The translations under genes were made by a program, and so were the position numbers. DNA of 64,000 bases from positions 99,820,001 through 99,884,000 of the forward strand of contig NC_043003.1 in the NCBI RefSeq assembly GCF_006345805.1, in the 5' to 3' direction. Position 1 is the stretch's first letter. Each line of letters opens with the position of its first letter. The notes below the pieces were generated by a model. The model saw only the letters and a program-made list of their open reading frames with translations. It did not search any database and had not been told where the DNA came from. The DNA is from Octopus sinensis (lineage: Eukaryota). Of the stretch, positions 35,982-50,299 are shown one piece after another.

Positions 35982-36115
35982 GCACCTACCACTACTACCA
36001 CCACTACCGTCTTTGCGCCCTGGTACGCTTCTTCGTTGATCAACTCACCAGTAATGATGTCCGGGCCAGCATCCAGATACACAACTTTTTTATATTGCTC
36101 CAAAACTGGCATCTA

Positions 36116-36332
36116 CAATGGGGTGCTGTAAAGTTTCTGGCTTTGGGTAAAAGAAAATACAAGAGGATCAGTTAACTATGACGTTATTCAACATATTCCC
36201 TGCTCAGATTCACATACTTATTGCAGCGGTCCTTCAGTTTTTTTTAAGCCCTGTAAAAGAACGCGGGAGGTTGGGCTTCCATCCAGGCCTTTCGGGGCAC
36301 CCTTAAAACCAAGAACTTTTCAGTATCCCCTT
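36116..36332. mobile_element. mariner-derived MITE
   Basis: Imperfect TIRs GGGGTGCTGTAAAGTTTCTGGCTTT / AAAACCAAGAACTTTTCAGTATCCCC, with TA on both sides. Confidence 0.7.
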
Positions 36333-36814
36333 TAATGTTGGCTAGACCATATTCACTAGATGTCAGATGTCAGTTATCTAAAAGAATTTCTATCCATTAC
36401 TCTACATTTAGGGATAGGAAAAACGTAACAGTAAAGGACTCGGTAAATTAATTTGGGACCTAAAAGACCGTAATGAACAATTTTATTTAGAATGATTGAC
36501 TCTCTCAATCTCGATACCTTATAACAAAGGCAAGGAATTCTGTCTTCTCTGTAATTCTGAACTATTTTTCATTATTTTTTCTAAAAATCCCGTAGTAAAC
36601 ACGGTTATAGAGCGAGCCTACAGATGTAAACATTGGCAAAAACATACCTTTAGTTCATATAAGTAATCTCTATCATTATGTATAATTTGAACATTAACAT
36701 GTTTTTCGGTCATTTTCTGATGAACAACGCAGCAGTTTCCTACTACCAAATTCAATCGCAATCACACAGTCATTCTTACACTTAATGTGTGTATGTGCGT
36801 GTGTTTCTGTGTGT

Positions 36815-36848
<34 letters not shown>

Positions 36849-36929
36849 GTGTGTGCATGTGTGTGTGTGTGTGTAAGTGTGTGTGTGTGTGTGTGTTTAC
36901 AGTTGTTGTTAAATCGAGTATTGTGTCCC

Positions 36930-37150
36930 ACTATGTTTCAAGGTTAGCAGTTCATCGAGCAAAGATTAGCTCCTATACGCATTTTTTCTCTCCTTGTTTC
37001 TCTCCTTGTTTTTTTCTGCGTATCTTTCTGTCGAATAGCGTAGGCTCGAAACGTAGAAGACTTTTTTTATTCCTGAGCGCTATACTAATACATTTGTTTG
37101 TTTGTACTCCACCTGCCTTCGCCTTTTGTTTATTTTCGTAAACTTTCCCT
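36930..37150 (+). mobile_element. PLE pseudo-LTR fragment containing a hammerhead motif at 37023-37060
   Basis: TCTTT CTGTCGA A TAGC GTAG GCTC GAAA CG TA GAAGA. Confidence 0.7.
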
Positions 37151-37164
37151 TTATATATATATAT

Positions 37165-37383
37165 ACTTTTTTATTTGTTTCAGCCATTTGACTGTGGCCA
37201 TGCTAGAGCACTGCCTTTTAGTCGAACAAAACGACCCCAGGACTTATTCTTTGTAAGCCTAGTTATTATTTTAATGGTCTCTATGCCGAACCGCTAAGTT
37301 ACAGGGATCTAAACACACCAACATCGGTTGTCAAGCAAAGGTGGAGGGACAAACACAGACACACAAATACATACATACACACA

Positions 37384-37447
<64 letters not shown>

Positions 37448-37965
37448 CGGGCTTCTTTCAGTCTCTGTTTACCAAATCGAGTCATAAGGCTTTTGCCGGT
37501 CCGAGAAGACACTTGCCCTAAGTGTCACACAGTGGGACTGAACCCGGAACCATGTGGTTGGGAAACAAGCTTCTTACCACACAGCCACTCCTGCACCTAT
37601 ATATATATATATTCGTTTATTCTTTTATATGTTTCAGTCATTTTGACGGCGGCCACGCTGGAGCACCGCCTTTAGTCGAACAAATAAACCACGGGACTTA
37701 TTCTTTGTAAGCCTAGTACTTATTCTATCGGTCTCTTTTGCCGAACTGCTAAGTTACGGGGACATAAACACACCAACATCGGTCTTCAAGCGATGGTGAG
37801 GGGACAAACACAGACACACAAACATACACACACACACAGAGTTTCCGTCTACCAAATCCATTCACAAGGCTTTGGTCAGCCCGAAGCTATAGCAGAAGAC
37901 ACGCGCCCAAGGTGCCACGCAGTGGGACTGAACCCGGAACTATTTGGTTGGGAAGCAAGCTTCTT
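37165..37965 (-). mobile_element. Two tandem tRNA-derived SINEs
   Basis: Minus-strand heads TGGCTGTGTGG (A box) and GGGTTCAGTCCC (B box), with internal (CA)/(TA) tracts. Same family as 52660 and 56269. Confidence 0.8.
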
Positions 37966-38377
37966 CTATATATGAGAGAGTTTGTGTGTGTATGTGTGTG
38001 TGTATGCGTGCGTGTGTGTGTGCGTATGTGTGCGTATACTCCTTATGCATTCCAAAACCGAGTTGCCGATTTTGACGTATGGGGTATCAAAAGATTCAGT
38101 AGGCTTTTGGCTACCAACTAAACTATATTTTCATTCACATAGTTGCATTACAAAAATTTAACATTGTCATTTTTCTTTTAGCTACATATCGTAAACGACA
38201 TTCTATATCACTACCACAACGACGATAACGTCACATTTTCTATATGAGTGTGTTCGTGCGTTCGTTACCTACGTTAGGCCGATGACTGACAAGTATATGT
38301 GCGTGACAGTGTATGCGTCTGTCAGTATACATACATTTTTGTGATGACTGACACACACAGGGACAGAGACAGGCTTC

Positions 38378-38418
<41 letters not shown>

Positions 38419-39304
38419 TTAGTCTATGTATGTAACTTTCTCCCGCCCAACAGTGAAACGCGCCGACATTCAAAGTTTAGTTGTGGCCTGGACTTAAAAC
38501 GGACAACACCGTTTACTTCGAAGTACTACCAACATGAAGATTTGGCTGATTTAACACCACTCACAATACTCGCAAATATATTTGAAAAAAAATGTTATTC
38601 TGGTTATTACAACAAATTCGGAAACTTGGCGAAGTAGAAAGCCTCAGCAGCTCTTTCAATATAATTACAGAAACCTTATTCCACTCCTTCTAACTAGTTT
38701 CAAGATAATTTTTAACAATCCTCCTAAGCTTTTTCGTCACTGTGAGTATCAATGTCGCACGAACTTTTTACTGCGTTAGTTAGTATTTATTCTACAGCCT
38801 ATAACATTACACAGTTAAAGAATATATAGTAATGTCAAATTAATTTATATCTTGCTACAAACATCCTTCAGCAAATATTTTAAATTAACCTTCACAACAA
38901 CAATGTCTTCCTTTCTAAACACTTGGGTCAACGTTTGTTTCAAAATTGTCAAATAAATTATTTTTGTATGAAAAATTGAATTATGCCTTCTGAATTTTCT
39001 TGGACTTTCACTTTCTTCACCGTGATATTCAATCGTGGATTTTATAACATTTAGTACATGTTCCAAATAAATGTTGAATTTCTGTACTTTGTTACATTGG
39101 TGACGCATTGTAACTTTTGCTAAATTGGTGACTTTAAATTTTTTATAGCATAACTATGCTACAGAATGTATGTTTTGCGTCTATATTGACTACATTTCGT
39201 TTCGTTTGAACTTCGTATGTGTACATTTTACTGTTTCCAATATTATCAATTCTATGAGTGTGTTTCTGCGTTCCTTACGTCTATAGTAAACTATAGTAAA
39301 GAAC

Positions 39305-39620
39305 ATTTTACGCTGTTTTAATGAGCCCACATCTAATGAAGTAGCCACCCTTATGGCTGGTGATCCCCATGAAAGTCATGATATTCTCATTCGTGTTCGA
39401 GATATCAACCTTAAACGTGTTTCTCAGACTCACCCCTTTTATCATACTCTCCGGTATCTTCTTATTCTGTGGAATGGACAAGATGGGTATCATTTCAATA
39501 TTCCACGGATTGAACCTGCAACAGGATAGCCAATTACAAACTAAAAGGTGTCGTCATCGAATGACTTCTATTCTTACCGACTGATGTTAAAACCAGAACA
39601 ATCAAATCAATTACACATGT
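39305..39620 (+). pseudogene. Fragment of a second, divergent Helitron Rep gene
   Basis: FNEPTSNEVATLMAGD..HDILIR..DGYHFNI..FYSYRLM aligns by eye with FNAPTTNEVAALMVD..RDIILR..DGYHLEI..FYAYRLM of H2. Confidence 0.75.
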
Positions 39621-40149
39621 CATTTATTTTCATTTATATAGTTTCTACGTTATCTCAACAACCAGCTATAGTTATTTCAAACATACTTCTCTACAACGAC
39701 CAGGTATCATTAGAAAAGAAAAATAGTTTCACACTTTCAATTTCAATCAAAATTACAAAGTGTTGCATTACGAGAGTGACGATGTGTGAATAATGAAAGT
39801 AATGTTTCTCAGAATTAGTCATATCTATATTATACTAAAGAAAGCTGCTTATTATCTATCTACCAAATAAACTATATTTTTGACTCAACAACTCTTTTTA
39901 CAACTAAAATAACCTCGGCAACTAGGTTGGGTCTCACAATTCATATTCGGACAATATTTCCATTTGCTTCCAATGTTTCGCTTACGTCCGACGTTTCACG
40001 CATGCGTAGAATTCTACTCAGACAAACATTTATGAAAATATACACATAAATACTGTATTAAAATAAACCACAACCAAAAAATTTCATTAAAAGGCATCCA
40101 TTTTTCTATATGTTAGTAGGAAATACAGTCTCTCACACACACACACACA

Positions 40150-40243
<94 letters not shown>

Positions 40244-40395
40244 ATCGGTCGTGTTATTCCGCAGTGAAAGATTGTTTTTGTGCTGAAAAGTTTGAAAATT
40301 TGCTGTTTTGGTCGTCGAGGCCACTTCTTTTCTGCTGTTGCAGCAGAGTTTTGCTGTTCTTTCCCCCTTGTTTCAAGGGGGAAGCGACGAAAAAC

Positions 40396-41454
40396 ATGAA
40401 TTTGCCACCAATTTCTTCCGAGTCCGAGGAAAACGTTGAAAATTTGTTTGAAGGCATGAAGGCGAAAATATGGGAGGAGGAAGGTGAAAGTAAAGAGGCG
40501 TCTCACGCGCGCGTTACAAAAGCAGACGACAAGATGTCTAGCGAAGCTACTACACAACAGGAAAAGTCAAAAATAAATTTTGCGAGTGCAGCAACTCGCC
40601 CCTGTGATAATATAGTTATAAACAAGGAAGAATTAAAGAAGTACCAAAGTTTATTAAAAAAAGAAGGTGATAATGTGAAGTTGCTCCCTCCCAGTGAATT
40701 AATTTACGCGACGGAGAGAAAGACGGTAATATACAAAACATATACTATGAAAAATAGGAAAATTGACTTCGTGCCGAGGGAAGCCATAGAAAAATGTTTG
40801 AGGCCGATATGGCAACAAACTAGTTATATAACGAGGGTTAGTCGCTTCGGCACTGTAGAGGTGCGTTTCCCTAGCGAAGAAAAAGCTAGGGAACATTCAA
40901 CAAGAACGTTGAAGTCGGAATATGTAGTTCTCCTACCATTTTATTTAGGAAAGAGAACATCGAAAATAACGGTCACAGATATTCCTCCCGAAATAGATGT
41001 GGCCTTTGTCATAGCAGCGATTCTTTTAGGCAAAGAGGAAGAAATTGCCATTCTTCAGTCTAAGAGATGTCGCCACATGAACTGGTATGGACAAGATTTA
41101 GAGCTTGTGATCCAAGCAAACCCCTCGGACTTGGAAAAATTGCCCAGTTCCCTCACCATTGGAGATAATACCAGCATCATGGTAATAGTCGAGGGGAGAA
41201 AGCCCAGGTGTTATAAATGTGGCGAGAAAGGAAGCACGACGCCGAAAACAACAACTACACCGCTAGAAATAGCAGCCACGTCGCGCACCCCAATTGCCGA
41301 AGTTCAGCCGACAACGGGAGAAAACAACAACAATAACGACGACGACAACAACAACAACAACATCCAGGAGTGGGTCACCATAGAACCTTCAAAAAGAAGA
41401 CAGAAACGGAAAAACCCACCCTCTTCGGATACACAGGACTATGCTCCGAGATAG
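40396..41454 (+). CDS. LINE ORF1 (Gag-like); zinc knuckle truncated (CYKCGEKG, no H/C)
   Basis: Open frame with homology to the 15821 ORF. Confidence 0.75.
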   Translation: MNLPPISSESEENVENLFEGMKAKIWEEEGESKEASHARVTKADDKMSSEATTQQEKSKINFASAATRPCDNIVINKEELKKYQSLLKKEGDNVKLLPPSELIYATERKTVIYKTYTMKNRKIDFVPREAIEKCLRPIWQQTSYITRVSRFGTVEVRFPSEEKAREHSTRTLKSEYVVLLPFYLGKRTSKITVTDIPPEIDVAFVIAAILLGKEEEIAILQSKRCRHMNWYGQDLELVIQANPSDLEKLPSSLTIGDNTSIMVIVEGRKPRCYKCGEKGSTTPKTTTTPLEIAATSRTPIAEVQPTTGENNNNNDDDNNNNNIQEWVTIEPSKRRQKRKNPPSSDTQDYAPR

Positions 41455-41614
41455 ACAAGCACACCCACACCCACAAATACAGTCGCAAACACACACGTAA
41501 GCCAAAAAACACACACACTGGAAAAAGCACACACAAACACACACACGCCTACCACAAGCACGCACACACCTACAAACACCCACGCTTCAAAAAGCACACA
41601 CACACCCACAAACA

Positions 41615-41663
<49 letters not shown>

Positions 41664-42029
41664 CCACACTCGCCTAACATAAAAAAAAAGAAACACCTTC
41701 ACGGCGATAAATAAAAATAATAAACTAAGAGAAAATATTATTTTAATGAAATCGGCGAAAAAAATATCGCAACAGATGTAAATAATACTATTTCTGAAAA
41801 TGTCGAATTTTATACTATAGATAACTTTGACTATTTTGAACTAAAAAAATATTTTGCGGAGGACGTCGGCCCGTTACAGATGAACTTTTCGAGCCATCTG
41901 GACAGGCAATTCGTGAAAAAAATGACCTCGCAAAACACGACACTCACAGACAGAAAAGAGAAGGGTGAAACTACACCCTCTCTTCCGTTAAAACAGTAAG
42001 TTTTAAACTTTCGACTAATTTTTCACATT

Positions 42030-45000
42030 CTCGTTTAAACTCGGGTGTATAAATATTCGCGGCCTGGGGTCGTATTGGAAGCAAGGCTACCTCCTTAACG
42101 ACCTTAGGTCGCATCGTTTGGATGTAGTGGTAATTACCGAATCCAGACTGAGTGGGCTGCAGGCTTTTTCGCCCCTTCTAAACGGCTACGAGAAATACGT
42201 TTCTCCCTGTCGCCTGGAGGGGGCGGAGGAGTGGCAGTGCTGGTCAGGAAAAACCTGGATTTAGAGATTAGAACTGTCTTTATAGATCCGGAAGGCAGGA
42301 TGGTCGTTTTGGATGTAACGCACAGCAATGGTAAAGTGTTCAGGCTGGTCGCTGTCTATGCTCCCTGCGAAGGAAAAGCCGGGCAGAAAGATTACTTCAA
42401 AAGCCTAGAGAATTTTCTTGGCACGTCGAACACGTTAGTATTGCTAGGTGACTTCAACATAATTTGCGATGCACGCGTAGATTATGTTGGCTCGAGAAAG
42501 AATAGGAGGGGATTACCTCACCTCAACGATCTGCTAAGTCGTTTCGAATTGGCAGATCGATTCAGACTGGACCACCCAGACACTCCAGCGTGGACCTGGG
42601 CAAGAAACGACGGGTCGTCCAGATCTTACATAGATAGAATCATAACTAGAAGGAAAGATAAGAAAATACTTAGCTGTCCACAACACCATATCGTCAGCTA
42701 CAGCGATCACAAATTAGTGACCTGTGCGCTCGACATAGATAGCATGTGTAGACGAGGTACCGGTTACTGGAAGCTAAACAAGTCACTATCGGGCTGTGAA
42801 GCCTACAGGAATCGGATTAAACAATTAGTAATGAGGGCGTTAACCGGATCCATTATCAACAACAAATGGTGGTACGCCCTGAAAAGAGCCATCAAATTTG
42901 AGTCAATTAGGTTTAGCTAGTGCTAGAAACAAAGTAGAAAAGGAACTAGTTAGGGCAATAGATGAGGCAATGAGGTCAGGCAGTGCATCGAAAGTGTTAG
43001 CGGCGAGGTTGGCACTCGACCAACATCTTAAAGCTAAACATGAAGGGTGCATTGTCAGGGCTAAGATCCGTGCAATGAGACAGGAAGGGATCAACGCAGC
43101 CAGATGGGCCCGGGTTGTAGAGGGCCAGCGTGGCAACAACTCAACCATTCGATCTTTGACGGGCCCAAATGGTCGATTAGTAAACGAACCCGAGGAGATG
43201 TGCAAGGTGTTTCACGATCATTTCGCCCAGCTATTCGTGAGGAGCGGCGGACTGGAGCGTGGGGAGAAGCTCGCAGACTTCCTAGCCGGTTCGCCGCGTC
43301 TGTCGAGGCCGGACGCGGAATCTTGTGAGGCGCCGATCACAGCCAAAGAAGTCGAGGATGTGTTGGCAGACTGCGGCAGGGACAAATCTCCGGGACTCGA
43401 TGGTCTGCCTTACGAACTCTATAGTAGCATGCCAGACTTGTTTGGGCACCTACTTGCATGCGTGTACACCAACTGGCAGCAGAACGGGAGAATTCCTAAG
43501 TCTGTGAGCAGAGGAATGGTAGCGCTGTTAAGAAAGGACCCAAACAATTGATAATTTTCGGCCCATCACTCTGCTTAACGCAGAGTTGAAGATTTTGGCC
43601 AAGGTCTTAGCAAAAAGGTTGGCGCGGGTCGTGGGTGAACTTGTTGGCCAGACGCAAACTTGCGCCATCCCTGGAAGGACCATCCACGACAATCACCACT
43701 TTCTACGCTATGCCTTAGAAAGGGTAAATAGGATTCCTGGCAAGGGTGGAGCTATGGTCCACTTGGACCAATCGAAAGCGTTCGATAGGGTGGACCATCA
43801 GTATCTGGCGGCGGTCCTCACGGCGGCTGGCTTCGGCCCGACCTTCCGCGGATGGATCAACGCTTTATACAGCAACATCGAATCGGTAGTTCGGGTGAAT
43901 GGTTTCTTTTCGGAGCCGTTCAGAATTGAACGTTCGGTACGTCAAGGGTGTCCTCTCTCCCCGCTTCTCTATGTTTTGGCCCTCGAGCCGTTGCTGAGGA
44001 GGTTGGAAACTATGAGAGGCACTCCGCAAGATCTAGGGTGCGGAAAGTCAGCTTCGGCGTATGCGGACTACATCACCGTCATCGTATCCCGAGTCGAGCA
44101 CCTACAGTGGGTGGGTGAGGCCTTAAGGGACTACGAAGTAGTGGCAGGAGCGAAAGTCAACCGGGATAAATCGGTCGGCACCTGGAGGAGCAAGTCGATG
44201 TCTTCCGACAGCGTCGTAGGACGTTGGACGGAAGGGCCGGTGAAAATGCTCGGAATCTGGTTAGGTCCAGATCTCCAGATAGAGAAGAACTGGAACGAGG
44301 TGGCGAGAAAGGTGGCGCTCCTAAATCAGTCATGGTCTGAGCGGAAGCTGTCCTTGAAAGGGAGGGCGGAAGCTGCAGAGATGTTTATCGCCTCTGTAAT
44401 CACTTACCGCCTGACCGTCGTTCCTTGCCCCGATTCATGGCTGAACAAACTGGAACGCATGCTCTTTCGCTTTTTGTGAAGGGGCAGCAGACCTCTTGTA
44501 AGGCGCACTATTTGCTGCCAAAAGTCGCTGAAGGGTTGGTTAGGGATGCCGTGGCTAAAAATGCGCAGACATGCGCTCAGGCTTAGGCATCTCTGGCTTT
44601 ACCTGGACGGTGAGCAGGTGTGGTCTCCGTTCGTCAAGCTGTTATTTCCACAATTCACATCGTTTACCAAACTGAACCCATGGATCAAGTGTAGACCGAG
44701 GTTGGGCGTGTGGCATGTAGAGTGCCATCAGGCACTCATGCTTCTCTCCCAGTCGGGCAACGCCGGTGGCGGGGGTACTACCTCGTTCTTCTATAGTGGG
44801 TTAGTAGAGTTTAAGTGTGACGACGTCCTGGGAGAAACCCTGGGCTTCGACGAAAATCAACTGGCCAGCCTGTTCCAAAGAACATTCGGTCCGGGGCCTA
44901 TGGATAATTACCAAAAGTCCCTGGCCTGGCAATGTTACAGAGGAGCTTTACCGGTTCGAGATAAGCTCTTTAGACATGGGTGTTCACCTTCGCCGGTTTG

Positions 45001-45397
45001 TGCAAGATGTGAGAGGGACAGTGAAACTATCCTGCACGCGATTGTGCAATGCCCCAAGGTGACTGAACTCTGGGCTTATGCCGAACACCTGCTGTCGCAT
45101 TCGAGAAGAGTACAACTGTCGAGCGAATCTGTAATTAAGATAGTTCCGCCGACCTCCCTGAATAGGGAGGAGCGAGCCTGTTTTCTCTCGGTAGTTGCTA
45201 TGGCGAAAGAAGTAGTATGGACGAGAGTAAAAGGAATTGCAACAGGCATGTTCATCTCCAGTCTCGAGCTAATCGACTTTTTCGTTTTCCACATGAAACG
45301 GAAAATAAGGCTGGAGAAGAAATGCCTGTCGCAAAGTGTGTTTCGTAAAAGATGGAAGTCTATAGCAAGTATGTTGCGAGTGAAAGAACCTGTTTAA
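42030..45397 (+). pseudogene. LINE ORF2: AP endonuclease, reverse transcriptase and C-terminal CCHC, disrupted
   Basis: CINIRGLG, VITES, LLGDFN, SYIDRI, YSDH, DKSPGLDG, DQSKAFDRV, RQGCPLSP, YADY (YADD mutated) and CARC..ETILHAIVQC. Breaks near 42920, 43551 and 44479. Confidence 0.92.
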
Positions 45398-45620
45398 TCA
45401 AGAATGTGAAAAAGGAGAAAGCAAAGTCTTCAGTGTGAGTATGTGGTTTGTGGGGTCAACCGCGTCCTCCGCTTCATTTTTTGTTATTCACTCATTCTCA
45501 TTTAATTGTATATATTTTAATTGTTTGTTTATTCATACGTTTCGTCTCATTCGATACCCTGACCCCAACGTTTGTTTTGTCCCCTCTTTTTCTCAACCTT
45601 ATGGTGAATAAAATAAATAC

Positions 45621-45718
<98 letters not shown>

Positions 45719-45885
45719 GCACAAAAGAGACATATGCATATGTATTTATGAACAAAGGTAAAGAATACGCACTCCCGGTGTTTAGGGTTAGGTTTACGCC
45801 GAAAACGGGTAGTGTGCGTATTCTTTACCTCCACATACATGTAAAAAAATTCATACATCACAACACACACCCTCACTCACTCTCT

Positions 45886-45929
<44 letters not shown>

Positions 45930-47419
45930 ACACACACACACATACACACACACACACACACATCCATTTCATATACACGTATATCTTACACTTTCTCCTC
46001 TCACTTCAAAGCAAATGTCACCATTTCACTTTATCCTCTCTTTCAATTTCTGTTCTCTTCAAAGCTTACAGAAAATAAAACAATTTTTTTGGAAATTAAC
46101 GAACAATCATATGATCCCATATATGTCGAGTTGACAACTTTGCTTCTTCAAATGAAAGAATGCCATAAAATAACTTCCTTTGACACATATACACACACTC
46201 TAGGTAAAACTTCTGTGCGAATTTTATTATTTCTTGCAGTGTGCACGCGCAAATTTACAGCTCAAATCCAATTAAAATGATCTTTTTCTATTGCGTAATT
46301 TGTGTTTATGATGAGCATATTTAAAAACCTCATCTTCGAGATAAACCTAAAAGGTAGTTTTCCCAGAAATTCTGTCCTTTATCACTTCTTTCTAGCATCT
46401 CCGCGATGATATTTCCGTTCCCTACCCCTTATTTTTCTTTTTCCTAAATTTCTTCCGATTCCTATGCTTGCGATATAGGAGATTACGATTTCACCCACAA
46501 AACACGTTCTCAATATTTTAATTTTCTCCCTCTCCCACCAAATTAATTTTTACTTTTTTCAAATTTTTATTCTTGATAATCCATGGAGAAAAAACAAAGA
46601 GTACGAATTTTTAAGAATTTTACCCATCACCTCACCACTTTCAAAAAGCTACACACTCCCAATGTTTCACTTTTAGCTTTTTGAAAGCTGGTAGATGATG
46701 GCTGGGCGATGTGGAGGAAGGGGCATTGAGTGTTTCTTTAAGAAAACTTAAACTGTAAAAAATGTATATATGTGTGTATATATACATATATGTATATTTC
46801 CCAGATTCGTAATCTCTGTATTTTTCTACGTAGATAACAAAAAAATTCGGAAAATGTTACAAATTAAGAAATTGCGGTGAGGATAGGGGGAAATTTAGAT
46901 ATCGAAAACGTGATTTCTGGACAAAATCGTATTAACCTCTTTCATACGATGGAACAATACATAGTCTCTGATCCTTCTTAAGAACAGAAAGCACTTTCAT
47001 GCAAATTGTACCCTCACCCTTCACTATTAAACAAACGATAACTTCCATTATTCCATTAACTATATGTCAGCTGTGCCGATTCTGCCCGTAAGAAAGGAGC
47101 AAATAATACAATGTGCTTATGGGCCATAACACTCGGGCAACGCCGGGATGCATTGCTAATGTATATGCGTAAGTTAATACACCAATGTGTATGGGTGTGC
47201 TTGTATGTATATGTGCATACATGTGTGTCTGAGTTTGTGTATGTCTATATATATATATATATATGTGTGTGTGTATATATATCTATATGCGTGTGCGTGT
47301 ACACACACACAATCAGAAAGAGCTACCATTTCTAGGCATTTTAATCGTGAATAAATGTGAAGGAAGAGAAACAGGTATCTACTATAAAACATCAGTACAC
47401 ATAAGTATACATATGAGTG

Positions 47420-47477
<58 letters not shown>

Positions 47478-48432
47478 TAGATCGTAGGCAAGTACATGTT
47501 ACCCATTACTTTTATCAGGTTGAGACTAACTGACCATATTCAGGAATGTGACATACCTGATGATTGGTCAGGGATCGAAGAGATCGATGACTATAAATAT
47601 AGGTAACTGGCTGGATATATATACGGGTAGATAGGGGGGTGTAGATAGTGTTCTGTTTTCTTTCTATATTTTCTTTTCAGATGTCTTTTATCGTGATATT
47701 ATTCATTAACTATACAAACAAATAGATAATGTTACACAGCAACCCTCTCAAAACACCCGTCTACAAGTGGCTGATATGAATATAATGTTGCATTTCAAGA
47801 AAGAGAGAGAAAAACCATTAAAATCTTCCTCCAAAACCCAGAACGCTGCAACTTTACAGCTGTGCGCACGTCATCAGCTCTATTGCTGATCTCTCAACTG
47901 CTCGTACTCCCTCCATTTACTGCTCGCACCCCAGTTCGTTCTAGCATCGTTCTCGCTGACCACTTGAACGACATCTCACAAAACCTGTCTCGTAAAAACC
48001 AGTGTGAGGGACCGGATTTTTCCATACGTCCTTCTCGTGTGTTTGCTGACGTCGACTGTACGAGAAATCGGTGCAAAGCTTGTTGATATTAGACGGAGGA
48101 GATGGCTCTAAGTGTAACAGCATGGTCGACCTTCCGGCTCAGTTTTGCCACATTCACTGTTGTTCAAGGGTGTGGTGTGTGGTTACCCGTATCTAGCCCT
48201 GTCTGAGAACCCCACTTAAGGGTTACTGATTCTTTTTGTTTTTAAAAAAATACATATATTCTTCGTTATACACATCACACACTGGTCGTCTCACACATGC
48301 AAGTAGCTACATAGATTACACGCCAAGACAAACATATATATTTTGCTTATACACCCGAGTGGTTACTAGGCCGCCCACCCCACCGAAAACGGAAAGTAAC
48401 AGTAGCAGCGGCGGTGACAAGGACGAGAGAAG

Positions 48433-48604
48433 ATGACTGCCCGAGGTATAAGGAAGAAACAGAAGGCAGTGTCCCGTTCAGCCAAAGCAGGAGTGCTGTT
48501 TCCAGTCGGTCGGATGCAGCGCTATCTCAAGAAAGGCACGCATAACTTCCGAATAGGTGCAGGGGCGCCCGTATATATGGCAGCTGTTATAGAGTACCTG
48601 GCTG
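48433..48604 (+). CDS. macroH2A: Core histone macroH2A, first coding exon (172 bp, phase-1 GT donor at 48605)
   Basis: [39 protein letters not shown] is macroH2A-type rather than canonical H2A, and the gene is intron-containing. Confidence 0.9.
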
Positions 48605-48672
48605 GTACGTATGTAGGCAAGTCTACGTGTGTGTATGTCTATATAATCTATGTACAGTGAGTGTGTATATGA

Positions 48673-48758
<86 letters not shown>

Positions 48759-50299
48759 TGTGTATGTAAATATATGTGGGTGGGTGTGTATGTATATATA
48801 CATGTGTGTGTATGTAAGTATACATGTGACTATATATATGAATGTGTGTGTATATATATATGTATTTGTGTGTATGTATCTACATATGTATCAATATATA
48901 TATATATATAAATACAGACATGCACACAGATGTGTTTGTACATTCGGTAACTACTACGTCTTAATATAGATTGTCAGCATTAGCACTTTCTCATTTCTTC
49001 TTTCTTTCTCCCATACGTGTACATAACCAGGCACACACACATATCTACATACTCGCGCACACAATCTCCCTGTATGTGTGTGTATATATATATATATATA
49101 ATCTATCTGAAACATCGACCTCACATTTTCATTCATTAATTTTTTTCCCTCCCTTCTCACATCCTCTTCCGCCAATGTTTTCCTATTTTCGAATGGAGAT
49201 AAATAAGATGATGGAAAGCGGTTTAGTGATTGATGCACGACGATGGAATGGCATAGGAAAGACACACTAATTACAGCTTTGGACACAAATATACATACAT
49301 ATATACAAGAACATTCATACATAAATACATAACTACTTACGCCAATAGCTGCATATAGAGAATAAGGGAGGAAAATAAAGTAACGAACACAAACACCAAA
49401 CATTGACCATAGTAACTATTGACTTGATTCCTCTGGTATCGAATTATTTTTAAACTTCTTAATTAATAATGATCCATTCTCTCAACAGCTTTTATTCGTT
49501 GTATCTCCTTCTTTCTTGCCTCGTGTCCTTTTGTGCCTTGAATATATCTATTCATTACCTACTCAGACACACCCGTCTATCATCTACCTCTCTCACATAA
49601 AAACAGACACACACTTATACGTACATGCATATGTACAATCACGTATACACGCACACATAAACCCACAAAGTACATATATATACAAACTCATTCGTTTATA
49701 CATAAATAAAAGTATACACACATACGGCTGAATACTTGTACAGTGTTATGTATATTCACATGAGTACAGCAATACACACAAACCTTGTGTGTGATATATA
49801 CACTTGCAAACAGAAACACACACACTCACACACTTTGGAAGGAAATATAAAGAGTGTACTATCTATTGACATGACATTTAACCAATCAACAACAGTCTCT
49901 TCTTATTCCTGTACACATCTTACAACATAGCATCATTCTTCACTTCTGAAGCAAAACAACACTGAGTTTTACTCTGACACAGAACTACTTTGACATACAA
50001 CACCACCACCACTGTTCTCTGACACATGACACATCATCCATCACTGCTTCTTTATCTGATGTATTATACTCTAACACTGTTAGAGTATAATGATACCACA
50101 TGCCCCCTGTCTAGTTATGCAATACCTTAATCCACTCCTGATACACACAACAAAATTTGCTTTCTCTGACACAGAAACTCCCCTTTACTGGCCTCTAATA
50201 GAATCTGTATCTGCTCCTTGGGATGTGAAAAGACACTTTGGTTATTTGGATGACAGAAGAACCCATAGTCCTAATCATACTTGCCAGAAGAAGTAATGG

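Larger units (their letters stand above)
40244..45620 (+). mobile_element. Near full-length Tx1/L1-clade LINE inserted in a (TC)n tract
   Basis: ORF1, ORF2 (APE-RT-CCHC), a 3' UTR ending in AATAAAATAAA, and (TC)n on both sides. Confidence 0.92.
39824..47159 (+). mobile_element. Probable old non-autonomous Helitron hosting the Tx1/L1 insertion
   Basis: A|TCTATATTATACTAAAG start and a degenerate 3' end CTCGGGCAACGCCGGG..CTAA|T. Continuity between the two ends is inferred. Confidence 0.4.

Noticed and set aside
45448-46134. 228-aa ORF after the LINE
   Set aside because: It spans the LINE 3' UTR and (TC)n/(CA)n tracts and is low complexity.
47545-47600. CTGATGA...GAAG motif upstream of macroH2A
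   Set aside because: There is no GAAA, NUH triplet or stem I.
48605-48660. Continuation of the 75-aa ORF as a short intronless H2A
   Set aside because: Homology stops at a GT donor (48605) and resumes in phase at 61268.
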